Shown here in pieces: positions 56,220 to 64,000 of a DNA stretch of 64,000 nucleotides. Every line of letters begins with the position of its first letter. Position 1 is the stretch's first letter. Source of the stretch: a virus (Duplodnaviria > Heunggongvirae > Uroviricota > Caudoviricetes); IMG/VR virus record IMGVR_UViG_3300028898_000252, positions 221,946 to 285,945 of that record; one strand, 5' to 3'. Under the pieces are notes generated by a model, which was not told the origin of the DNA, did not search any database, and worked only from the letters and a program-made list of their open reading frames with translations. The position numbers and the translations under genes were made by a program.

Positions 56220-57051
56220 TAAGTTTATGATTTCTAAGTTACCAAGTTGGCTTGATCCAACAAAAGAAATAACAAATTCTTCAAAACCTAAATGGTTTAC
56301 TGATTTGGAAAGACCAAAACAAGACGCTGTTTTTTATCTCTGGGTTATTGACTCTTTCTTTCATGCAGCAAATGAAAACGGTTTTATTCTATCACCAGAT
56401 AAATTAATTGAAATAACTGCAAATGCAGCTGTTGAAACAGGACACGGACAAAAATGGAATGGGAATAATTGGGGTGGTGTTAAAATTAGCAAACCTTATG
56501 TTGACAGTTACAAAATAAAACATAACAATCCTCCATCATGGTTTAGAAGTAAAGGACACGTCGCAGGTGGCGATGACGAAACTGTTTATTATGTACATTT
56601 CGAATCACCGCAAGAATATGCAAATTATTGGCTTGAAAAATTTGTTCCCATGAATTTTTCGGATGCAGAACCCACGCCAGAAAATAAAAAATCAAGATAT
56701 TATAAAACATCAAAAGCTTTTTGGGAAAACCTAACTGGAGATACCGCACATTGGTTTTATGAATTGTGTGTTTCTGGTTATAAAGGAGAAGTTACAAAAA
56801 AGAATCCTGCTCCAAGTGTGGAAACGCTTTTTAATTGCAAGTCTAGAATTCAAATAATGGTTTCGCAACTAATTTTAGCTTTAACACCTGATGGTGTTTG
56901 GGGACCAAAATCAAAACAAACCTGCAAAGAATTTCAAAAAAAATATGGAATTACAGAATCTGGCGAGCTAACCAAAGAAACTATTGATAAAATTGTTAAT
57001 TCATATTTTACTCTTGCAGAATATAGCAAAAGACTAAATTTAAATTTTTAA
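56206..57051 (+). CDS. GH73-like glucosaminidase/muramidase with peptidoglycan-binding domain
   Basis: AAVETG.G.....NNWGGVK, GY, C-terminal DGVWGPKS....FQ...G...SG. Confidence 0.72.
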   Translation: MLFNNKFMISKLPSWLDPTKEITNSSKPKWFTDLERPKQDAVFYLWVIDSFFHAANENGFILSPDKLIEITANAAVETGHGQKWNGNNWGGVKISKPYVDSYKIKHNNPPSWFRSKGHVAGGDDETVYYVHFESPQEYANYWLEKFVPMNFSDAEPTPENKKSRYYKTSKAFWENLTGDTAHWFYELCVSGYKGEVTKKNPAPSVETLFNCKSRIQIMVSQLILALTPDGVWGPKSKQTCKEFQKKYGITESGELTKETIDKIVNSYFTLAEYSKRLNLNF

Positions 57052-57878
57052 AATTGAATTAAAGAATCTATTGGACGAGGAATGTAAATTCCATTTTTAT
57101 AACCTTTTGATTTTAACATCGCAACAGTTTTTCCTAAAGGAACACCATCGCAATCTTTCTCTGTCATTCCGAAAGAAATTTGTCGTTGTTTCCATATTGA
57201 AATATCTTCGGAACTGTCCATGTCAAAACATTCATAACCTGCATCTTTTAATGCCCAAAATATATGTTCTCCTGGGTCTCCAGGGCCTCTTTCTGACGTT
57301 ATATTAACATGTCCAATAATTCCTATTAAATCATCTCCACTACCTTCAGCGGCTGATAAACGCTTAATTTGTTTTAAGTTAGGTTTATTTTGTTTTTTGT
57401 TCCAAGGAATTTGTCGTTGAATTCCAAGCGCAGCAGTTAACACATCAATTAACAATACAGTTTTTTCTATTTCCTTAGAATATAAAATTCGCTTGGAAGA
57501 TCCAAAAGGATCTTTGTCTTGGACCATTTCAATTCCAAGCGAAAATCCATTAACATTACCAGCTTGCCATGAAAAATCGATAAATGGATCATTTTGGCAT
57601 ATAACATCTCCATTCAAATCAACTGTATAATCCCAAGAAACTTGTCGGTCTGTATTGGTTTGGTACCTTGCCAATGTTTCATCAATAGTAGAATCCCTAC
57701 CGTCCCCAGTTACTAAATTACTCAAAATACCTTCATGTGTATGAACAACAATCATTCTCGCCGCGCGAGTACGTTTGGTTTTATCTGTAATATATTTAAC
57801 ATTCTTAATTCCGTCATCCCAACATTTCGTATTTAGATTTGGGATTTCATATTTTTTTGAATTTAAAATTATAGACAT
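57048..57878 (-). CDS. N-acetylmuramoyl-L-alanine amidase (Amidase_2)
   Basis: IVVHT, N..SLGIE, GH.......DPG; C-terminal DG..G.T peptidoglycan-binding-like repeat. Confidence 0.8.
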   Translation of the reverse strand: MSIILNSKKYEIPNLNTKCWDDGIKNVKYITDKTKRTRAARMIVVHTHEGILSNLVTGDGRDSTIDETLARYQTNTDRQVSWDYTVDLNGDVICQNDPFIDFSWQAGNVNGFSLGIEMVQDKDPFGSSKRILYSKEIEKTVLLIDVLTAALGIQRQIPWNKKQNKPNLKQIKRLSAAEGSGDDLIGIIGHVNITSERGPGDPGEHIFWALKDAGYECFDMDSSEDISIWKQRQISFGMTEKDCDGVPLGKTVAMLKSKGYKNGIYIPRPIDSLIQF

Positions 57879-57897
57879 TGTTTTAAATATAAATTAA

Positions 57898-58194
57898 TTA
57901 GATCAAGCAATACTTGTGGACCCAATAAATACCATTAACGTCATCTAAAATTTTAACATATTCTTTATCGTTGGAAAGTTCTAATAAAATAACACTATTA
58001 TTTGGAATAGGAACTATTAACTCATGAGTTTTTTTGTATTTGCAATATTCGTTTCTTGTTCCATAAACTTGTTTGTTAACAATTTTATAATTTTTATTAA
58101 AATCTATCTCAAATTTTTCTTCGTTTTTTGAAGACAAAAAACAAATCAGCTGCATTGTTTCATCATGAAAATTTCCCTTGACAACTTGGATCAT
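57898..58194 (-). CDS. hypothetical protein
   Basis: 98-aa ORF. Confidence 0.45.
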   Translation of the reverse strand: MIQVVKGNFHDETMQLICFLSSKNEEKFEIDFNKNYKIVNKQVYGTRNEYCKYKKTHELIVPIPNNSVILLELSNDKEYVKILDDVNGIYWVHKYCLI

Positions 58195-58218
58195 TTGCTT
58201 TAAATAGTATTACAAAAA

Positions 58219-58686
58219 ATGTGTGAAATTTGTCTAAAACAAAAATGTATTTGCCAAAAGATTATTAATGAAGAAATTGATGAAATCGGATTTCTAATAT
58301 CAAAACCAAAAAAAAGAAAATCCATAAAAATAGAATTATCTTTGTTTCAAAACACAAAAGAAGTTGAAAACAAATATATTTTAAAAATGCTAGCTGCCGC
58401 AAAAAAAAGAGCAGAAAAAAAGAAAATCGAATTTGATCTAGAAATTGAAGATATAGAAATTCCAAGATTTTGTCCAATCCTTGGTATTCCACTATATTCG
58501 TCTAAATTAAATACAGACTGTAGCCCTTCAATAGATAGAATAGATAACACCAAAGGTTATACAAAGACTAATATACAAGTTATATCAACAAGGGCAAACA
58601 GAATTAAAAACGATTCAACATTTGAGGAAATTGAAAAACTCTACTTGTTTCTCAAAGAAAATAAATTTAAAAAAGGGCTTGACTAG
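58219..58686 (+). CDS. HNH-type phage endonuclease
   Basis: CPILGIPL, SIDRIDNTKGY...NI.VIS..AN..KN. Confidence 0.82.
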   Translation: MCEICLKQKCICQKIINEEIDEIGFLISKPKKRKSIKIELSLFQNTKEVENKYILKMLAAAKKRAEKKKIEFDLEIEDIEIPRFCPILGIPLYSSKLNTDCSPSIDRIDNTKGYTKTNIQVISTRANRIKNDSTFEEIEKLYLFLKENKFKKGLD

Positions 58687-58706
58687 TACCTACATGTGCT
58701 TACCTT
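58679..58706 (+). promoter_or_regulatory. sigma70-type promoter
   Basis: TTGACT-N16-TACCTT, then a GGAGGT Shine-Dalgarno and the ATG at 58724. Confidence 0.55.
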
Positions 58707-58723
58707 GACACGGAGGTGCTCCA

Positions 58724-59266
58724 ATGGCAAAAATACTCGGTAAAAAAGGTGCTTTGACAAAGAAAAGCATCTTAGAATATCAAGACTATGAACTTTATAG
58801 TAAGGATTTAATTCCAATAACTGATGACTATGAATTTCTTATTCTTGAAATTTGCGAAAATGACTTTTTAAAATTTTCTGAGATTTTGGAATATAAAGTT
58901 TTAACGGAAAATGGAATTTGTTATTTACAAACATCTGAAAACAGTTTATTTTTATCCGATGAGCAACTAAAAATGAAGAAAGGAAAACTTTCTTTGAAAA
59001 AAGATTTACAGATCACATCTAATATTCAAAAAAGTCTTCTAAAAATAGAATCTTATAACTTTAATCGCTGGGATCTTTATTCTTCAGATAAAGAAATTGA
59101 CAGTTCTTTTTTGAATATTTTTTATGATATAAAGTTTCACTCTCTGGTAAAAGAAAATTTTGCAGTTGATTTATTAAAATATACTGCTTGGCATCCTATC
59201 TTTCAAGATGTTGTTATTTTAACAGAGCCAAAATCGTTTCATTGGGTGGAACTTCCAGTTCTTTAA
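58724..59266 (+). CDS. hypothetical protein (family B motif)
   Basis: YKVLTENGIC. Confidence 0.55.
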   Translation: MAKILGKKGALTKKSILEYQDYELYSKDLIPITDDYEFLILEICENDFLKFSEILEYKVLTENGICYLQTSENSLFLSDEQLKMKKGKLSLKKDLQITSNIQKSLLKIESYNFNRWDLYSSDKEIDSSFLNIFYDIKFHSLVKENFAVDLLKYTAWHPIFQDVVILTEPKSFHWVELPVL

Positions 59267-59657
59267 TTTCAAAGATTTCAGGCAGAATTAAATTCTTTTG
59301 TTTTTCCAAAACACTAAGATATGGCGAGGGCACTATCCGAAAATAGTGCCCTTTTTTTATTTTTGTGATCTCGAAACGTATTATTCCTATTTCAATAATT
59401 TTTTTAGTTGTTAAAAACGAACCAATAATAACTGCTGTTATGAAAGTTTCACTTTCTTTTTTAAGTAAAAACTGTAAGTTATTTAAAAATATAATCTCAT
59501 TTTTTTTAAACAAAAATACATTTTCTTTTTTACTGATCAAATTTAATAAAGATTCGAATTTTGTATAAACATTTTGATTTGTATCTTTATTTAAAAAATT
59601 AAATAAAGTTTTGAATTCATATTCTTCTATTTTGTAAAATACTTTTTCTTTAATCAA
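59214..59657 (-). CDS. hypothetical protein (possible family B)
   Basis: SFLTTKKII. Confidence 0.45.
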   Translation of the reverse strand: MIKEKVFYKIEEYEFKTLFNFLNKDTNQNVYTKFESLLNLISKKENVFLFKKNEIIFLNNLQFLLKKESETFITAVIIGSFLTTKKIIEIGIIRFEITKIKKGHYFRIVPSPYLSVLEKQKNLILPEIFEIKELEVPPNETILALLK

Positions 59658-60202
59658 AGCAAAATTTCCACAACAGAATATTGATTTAAAATTTCTTTTA
59701 CAAGATTTTCTATTCGTTTTTTTGGCCGTATTTTTTTACTTCTGGAAAGCTCTTCTGCTCCAATTATTTTAAACGAAATAGGAAAAGAAATTCCATTCTC
59801 ATCTCTTAGGTTTAAATAATTTTCGTAGTTGAAAATAGAGCTATAGTCGAACTGACTAATAATAGGCGCAAAGATCTCCAAATCAACAAAATCAGAACCG
59901 TTTATTTCCGTTTCTAAGACGCATTTAATATTGTCTGTAGATAAACAGATCAAATACATACCAGATTCTGTCAAAACATTTACTGTTGTTGTGTATTCAA
60001 TTGAAATGTCTCCAGAAAAACCTGTTTTGTCTTGTGTGGTAAAAACTAAAGCTGTCGATTTAACTAAGTTTAGAAGAAGAGCTTCTTCGTTGTTAAAAAA
60101 TAATTTTTCTTTGCACGAATGTAAACTATTATAAAGAAACCATATTCTTTCTTTAAGATATGTATCGAAAACTTCTTTAACTAGAAGATTTTTTGGTTCC
60201 AT
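59654..60202 (-). CDS. hypothetical protein (family B motif)
   Basis: VNVLTESG. Confidence 0.5.
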   Translation of the reverse strand: MEPKNLLVKEVFDTYLKERIWFLYNSLHSCKEKLFFNNEEALLLNLVKSTALVFTTQDKTGFSGDISIEYTTTVNVLTESGMYLICLSTDNIKCVLETEINGSDFVDLEIFAPIISQFDYSSIFNYENYLNLRDENGISFPISFKIIGAEELSRSKKIRPKKRIENLVKEILNQYSVVEILL

Positions 60203-60658
60203 TTATTTTTCATAACTAGTGGCCAAAATCTCTTTAATTGGTTTGCTAATTTCTAGAAGGATTTCTTCAAAAAGTAGCTCAATTGTTTTTTTATGTTTTA
60301 TATTTGTTAAAATTTTGTTAAAAATAAATGGATCTGTGATCCAACCTTGATAACCTTCTTGATAAGAAATCCGAATAAGCGTTCGCTCAATTATGTTTTC
60401 GGTTGTTAAAAACTTAACTTTACAGTCAATATATCCTTTTGTTTCAAGCTTTAGGTGTTTTTCAGTTTTAACAAAGACTCCAAGAGGCAAACGTATGTCA
60501 CAAGAAGGTGTCTCTAAATTAGATGAAAAATCTTTCAAAGCATATGGGTTTGTTTTTTCAAACAAGTCAATAATTTTCTTTTCATAAGATGAAAAAATTT
60601 CATCAACTTTTGCTTTAAGTGTTTGAATATTATCAGATGTAACCATTTCTATATTCAT
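60203..60658 (-). CDS. hypothetical protein (family B motif)
   Basis: VKFLTTENII. Confidence 0.5.
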   Translation of the reverse strand: MNIEMVTSDNIQTLKAKVDEIFSSYEKKIIDLFEKTNPYALKDFSSNLETPSCDIRLPLGVFVKTEKHLKLETKGYIDCKVKFLTTENIIERTLIRISYQEGYQGWITDPFIFNKILTNIKHKKTIELLFEEILLEISKPIKEILATSYEK

Positions 60659-61086
60659 TATTTTTCCAACTTAAAAGGTTTGATCGAAACTTTATCTAGT
60701 TCATATTTAGATTTCATTTCTTTTGTTATTTCGTAAGTAAAATCTAATCTCTGTAGTGGTTTGTTGTCAATAGAAAAATCATTAAAAGGAAAATTTAACC
60801 AAAAATTTAAGTTCGTATATCCTTTAAGTTCTAATACAGCAAAAACGACCTCAACTATTTCCAGTTCGGTTAACAATTTCACACTTTTAGACCAAATAAA
60901 GGCTTCTTCTGTTATTTTCCACTCTAAGTTAGAATCTAATAAAATAAATGTCTTTCCTTTATATAAAATATTCTTATTTTCAAAATACTTTACATATTTT
61001 TTTATTTCAAGTTCAATAGATTCATAAAAAACATCTAAATAAATGTTTTTTATCGCAAGAACAAATTTTTCCTGAAAAGAATCCAT
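60658..61086 (-). CDS. hypothetical protein (family B motif)
   Basis: VKLLTELEI. Confidence 0.5.
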   Translation of the reverse strand: MDSFQEKFVLAIKNIYLDVFYESIELEIKKYVKYFENKNILYKGKTFILLDSNLEWKITEEAFIWSKSVKLLTELEIVEVVFAVLELKGYTNLNFWLNFPFNDFSIDNKPLQRLDFTYEITKEMKSKYELDKVSIKPFKLEK

Positions 61087-61182
61087 GTAATTTTAAATAC
61101 ATATTTTTTTACTCAGATTCGTAGTTAACACTACTATAATTAAATTAATCTTTTGCCTATATAATAAATGAGTTTTTAACTA

Positions 61183-61656
61183 ATGACGACATCATTTCCA
61201 TCTTCTTTAGATAATTTTCTAAATCCCTCTGGGACAACCAAACTTAATGATGCGACTTATTTACACCACGAACAACATTCAAATGCGAATGATTCGATAG
61301 AAGCAATTGAACAAAAATTAGGAATTAATTTATCGAGTATAAGTTCTACTTTGGATTTTGCAAAATTTTTATATTTTTTAACTGAAACACAACACAGTTC
61401 TGGAATTTACAGAGAAATAGAAGGACTTCCATTTCCAACAAAAATAGTTTGGTATGCCTCTCCTACCGCAATTTCAAGTCAAAAATTAGTTGAAAAAGAA
61501 TATGTGTATGGACCTGGAAGTAAAAAATTTGTAACCCAAGTTATTTATAGACTTTACAGTGCTGGTTCTGTTGTAAGGACAATAACAGACACCATACAAC
61601 TTAGCAACAGTGGAAATGGTCCATTTGAACAATCAAGAATAAGGACGATTACTTAG
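61183..61656 (+). CDS. putative virion structural protein
   Basis: FPSSLD.F.NP.......H..QH...ND.I.AIE.KLG N-terminus typical of phage tail-associated proteins. Confidence 0.55.
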   Translation: MTTSFPSSLDNFLNPSGTTKLNDATYLHHEQHSNANDSIEAIEQKLGINLSSISSTLDFAKFLYFLTETQHSSGIYREIEGLPFPTKIVWYASPTAISSQKLVEKEYVYGPGSKKFVTQVIYRLYSAGSVVRTITDTIQLSNSGNGPFEQSRIRTIT

Positions 61657-61701
61657 TATTTTACTTTCAGCTAAATATTTATTTTTGAGGAAAATAAATA
61701 G

Positions 61702-62331
61702 ATGCCTTTAGATTCACCAGTTTCAATTTTGTTTAATAGTGATGGAATTGAATTAGCAGTTTCTGGTGGTAGTACACCGCCAGTTTCAACAAGCGCATTA
61801 ATGATTGCTGGTATTGATGCAGCAAGCGCGGCAAGAGTATTAAGAACTCACACAGATGGAACTTTATTCGTCACTGGTACTGTTTCCACAACAGCAACAA
61901 GTGTCGGTCAAGGAAATTCTGGTTCAATTGCGCAGTCTTGGTATGTGCAACTTACAAATGGAACAACTGTTATTGGACAAGGCCAAACAACAGCATTATT
62001 TGTAACTGGAAATGTTACTGTAACAAACATTGTAACAACAAGTATGCAACGTTCAACTTCGAGTTCAATTGCTACTGTTGCAAGAACTGGAACCAGTACC
62101 ACCATTCTTGCTGCAAACGGATACCGAAATGGAGCGTCAGTTTTTAATGATTCTAATGCTGTATTATATTTGCGTTTATCTGCTGGTTCCGCAACAACAA
62201 CAAGTTATTCAACAAAACTTGGCGCACAATCTTATTTTGAAGTTCCAACAGAATATTCAGGAATTATTAATGGAATTTGGGCTTCTGCTGGATCAGGAAA
62301 TGCTTTGGTAACAGAATACACACCTACCTAA
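61702..62331 (+). CDS. putative virion structural protein
   Basis: T/S/G-rich; C-terminal beta-sandwich LAAN..R.GA...ND....LY. Confidence 0.55.
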   Translation: MPLDSPVSILFNSDGIELAVSGGSTPPVSTSALMIAGIDAASAARVLRTHTDGTLFVTGTVSTTATSVGQGNSGSIAQSWYVQLTNGTTVIGQGQTTALFVTGNVTVTNIVTTSMQRSTSSSIATVARTGTSTTILAANGYRNGASVFNDSNAVLYLRLSAGSATTTSYSTKLGAQSYFEVPTEYSGIINGIWASAGSGNALVTEYTPT

Positions 62332-62394
62332 ACATTAATTAAATATTAATATTTAATATATTAATATAATTACACGTTTAGTTAGTAGAGTAAT

Positions 62395-63720
62395 ATGCCA
62401 TTATTTAACGATGATACACCAATAACTCCTGGCTTAGATGTTTCAAATTCAGAAGGGTCATTAATTTATGGTGCAGATTCTGGTAGCGCCGCAAGACAAA
62501 TCAAGGTAACTTCCGATGGTTATTTGCAAATTGATTTTCTTCCGCAGGCAAAAACTCAATTTGGACAAAATCGAACTGTCAATCCTTATACTCTTGCAGA
62601 TAATGTTAATAAATATGGATTTGATTTAATTGAATTTGCTTCAGCTTCTGTTGGTTCTGGAACCGTTGTTTCTATTACTTCTCAGAGTGCTGTTTCGCTT
62701 CGTGTAAGTTCAACAAATGGTGATTATGCAAGAATTAGATCAAACACTTATTATAGATATCAAGCAGGAAAAGAGCAAAATGTAAAATTATCTTGTTATA
62801 TACCAGGTGGAGCAAAGGCAAATCAAATTTCTAGAATTGGATATTTTGACGATTCAGATGGCTTATTTTTTGCTTTATCAGGATCAAATTTTGGAATTTA
62901 TAAAAGATATTCTTCGTTAGGAGGCTCTGTGCAAGAAACATTTATTTCTCAGTCAAGTTTTAACAAGTTAAAACTTGATGGAACATCCAATGATTATGTT
63001 TTGGATTTGACGAAAGCTAATTTATTTGAAATTAGATTCCAATGGCTAGGAGTAGGAAATGTTGAATTTTTTATAAACAATTCTCTTGTCCACTCAATGA
63101 CCAATGTTAATACTTTTAATGGTCCTTATATTAAAACTGGGGTGTTACCCATAGCTCTAGAAATACAAAACAATGGATCTTCTACAGGAAATGAGCTTAA
63201 TTTTATTTGTTCATCGGTTGAATCTGACGGTGGAGCTACGCCACCAAAATATACTTTTAACGCATACAATTCTACAGATATTTCAACAACAACAACAGAA
63301 CGACCTTTATTGTTAATAAGACCTGGAACTTTGTTTCGTTCTATTGAAAATAGAGTTGTTGGATTACCAATTCGTTTAGCTATTAGCACAGAAGGCGCAA
63401 GAGCTGGGTTTAGAATAATTTTAAATCCAACAACTATTACTGGAGGTTCTTGGGTTTCTGCAAGTGTAAATAATTCTGCATTTGAATATAATATCTCGGC
63501 CACAGCTTTTACTGGTGGCGAAACTCTTTATAGAGGTTTTATTCCGAACACAAATGACTCAAGAGAAATTGACTTAGAAAGATTTTTCGAATCTAACGCA
63601 AGAGGTTTAAAACTTAATGGTTTCGCAACGAATGTTGATAGTTTGTTAATAACAGGTGTTAACGAAGCAACAGGAACAACTTTAATGCGCGCGTCACTTA
63701 CATGGCAGGAGATAAGATAA
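62395..63720 (+). CDS. putative virion structural protein (beta-rich)
   Basis: RYQAGK, GYFD..DG.FF, FQWLGVG, LP...E, WQE. Confidence 0.55.
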   Translation: MPLFNDDTPITPGLDVSNSEGSLIYGADSGSAARQIKVTSDGYLQIDFLPQAKTQFGQNRTVNPYTLADNVNKYGFDLIEFASASVGSGTVVSITSQSAVSLRVSSTNGDYARIRSNTYYRYQAGKEQNVKLSCYIPGGAKANQISRIGYFDDSDGLFFALSGSNFGIYKRYSSLGGSVQETFISQSSFNKLKLDGTSNDYVLDLTKANLFEIRFQWLGVGNVEFFINNSLVHSMTNVNTFNGPYIKTGVLPIALEIQNNGSSTGNELNFICSSVESDGGATPPKYTFNAYNSTDISTTTTERPLLLIRPGTLFRSIENRVVGLPIRLAISTEGARAGFRIILNPTTITGGSWVSASVNNSAFEYNISATAFTGGETLYRGFIPNTNDSREIDLERFFESNARGLKLNGFATNVDSLLITGVNEATGTTLMRASLTWQEIR

Positions 63721-64000
63721 ATGGCTATAGGATTTGATATTCATGAAAAAGTTAGATATTTTAATTTTTGGTCAGATATAAAACCTTATATTGACGGAAC
63801 TAGTTCAAGTTTAGCTTATAATTGGTCGTATACACCAAATAATGAATATTATTTAATCGCAACTGAACCTTATGTTGGATTTAATTTTATTTGTTATTTG
63901 GAAAATACTTCATCGGTCGAAAGAACAGACTTTGAAAAGAATTGGAAGAATTTACCTCTGAAAAAAGCTAGTGGTTCTTTTGTCGATGTTAGATTAATAA
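63721..64000 (+). CDS. hypothetical protein, truncated by the window end
   Basis: ATG directly after the previous stop; frame open to the window end (MAIGFDIHEK...). Confidence 0.5.
   Translation, partial: MAIGFDIHEKVRYFNFWSDIKPYIDGTSSSLAYNWSYTPNNEYYLIATEPYVGFNFICYLENTSSVERTDFEKNWKNLPLKKASGSFVDVRLI

Noticed and set aside
62332-62372. AT-only palindromes (TTAAATATTAATATTTAA)
   Set aside because: Low-complexity sequence expected by chance at this AT content
735-63503. Many short ORFs antisense to or nested in longer genes (e.g. 4552-4794, 28806-29198, 41934-42374, 63126-63503)
   Set aside because: Shadow ORFs rich in F/S/L/I, lying over well-supported genes, with no motifs
1-64000. Alternative genetic code (TAG/TGA reassignment) as the reason for the broken dnaE and recA
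   Set aside because: Other conserved genes are full length under code 11, the breaks fall inside inteins, and the pieces are separated by other ORFs
1-64000. tRNA or rRNA genes
   Set aside because: Intergenic gaps are short and none showed a cloverleaf or T-loop pattern by eye; tRNAscan-SE would be decisive

Overview
AT-rich window from a large (jumbo/huge) tailed bacteriophage genome. The standard genetic code fits, and I saw no rRNA, tRNA or CRISPR array. Bases 1-43.5 kb are a mostly minus-strand replication and nucleotide-metabolism block: DnaE-type DNA polymerase, class II RNR, replicative helicase, 5'-3' exonuclease, dUTPase, RecA, gp32-like SSB, minimal PolA, prim-pol, ThyA, DHFR and GuaC/IMPDH. 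It is interspersed with accessory genes (Pth2, RNA ligase, S8 protease, KTSC proteins, GNAT, HDAC, glycosyltransferases, small paralogue families). Bases 43.6-64 kb hold virion/tail-like genes, PIN-PhoH, a divergent GroEL, a kinase-like protein and two cell-wall hydrolases. The main finding is a dnaE gene broken into four ORFs spread over about 21.8 kb (2363-24136). The pieces carry three different split-intein pairs plus one cis mini-intein, so an intact polymerase of about 1,290 aa would need three mutually specific trans-splicing reactions. The first pair is separated by 15.5 kb of unrelated genes and the third pair has reversed charge polarity. RecA is also split, by an atypical intein with a 17-aa N-fragment whose C-fragment is in frame with a Vsr-like endonuclease. 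The RNA ligase is cut at its active-site motif by the same endonuclease family, with no visible splicing element. PhoH carries a class 3 (Ala-start) intein. All calls come from motif recognition by eye; no database searches were run.
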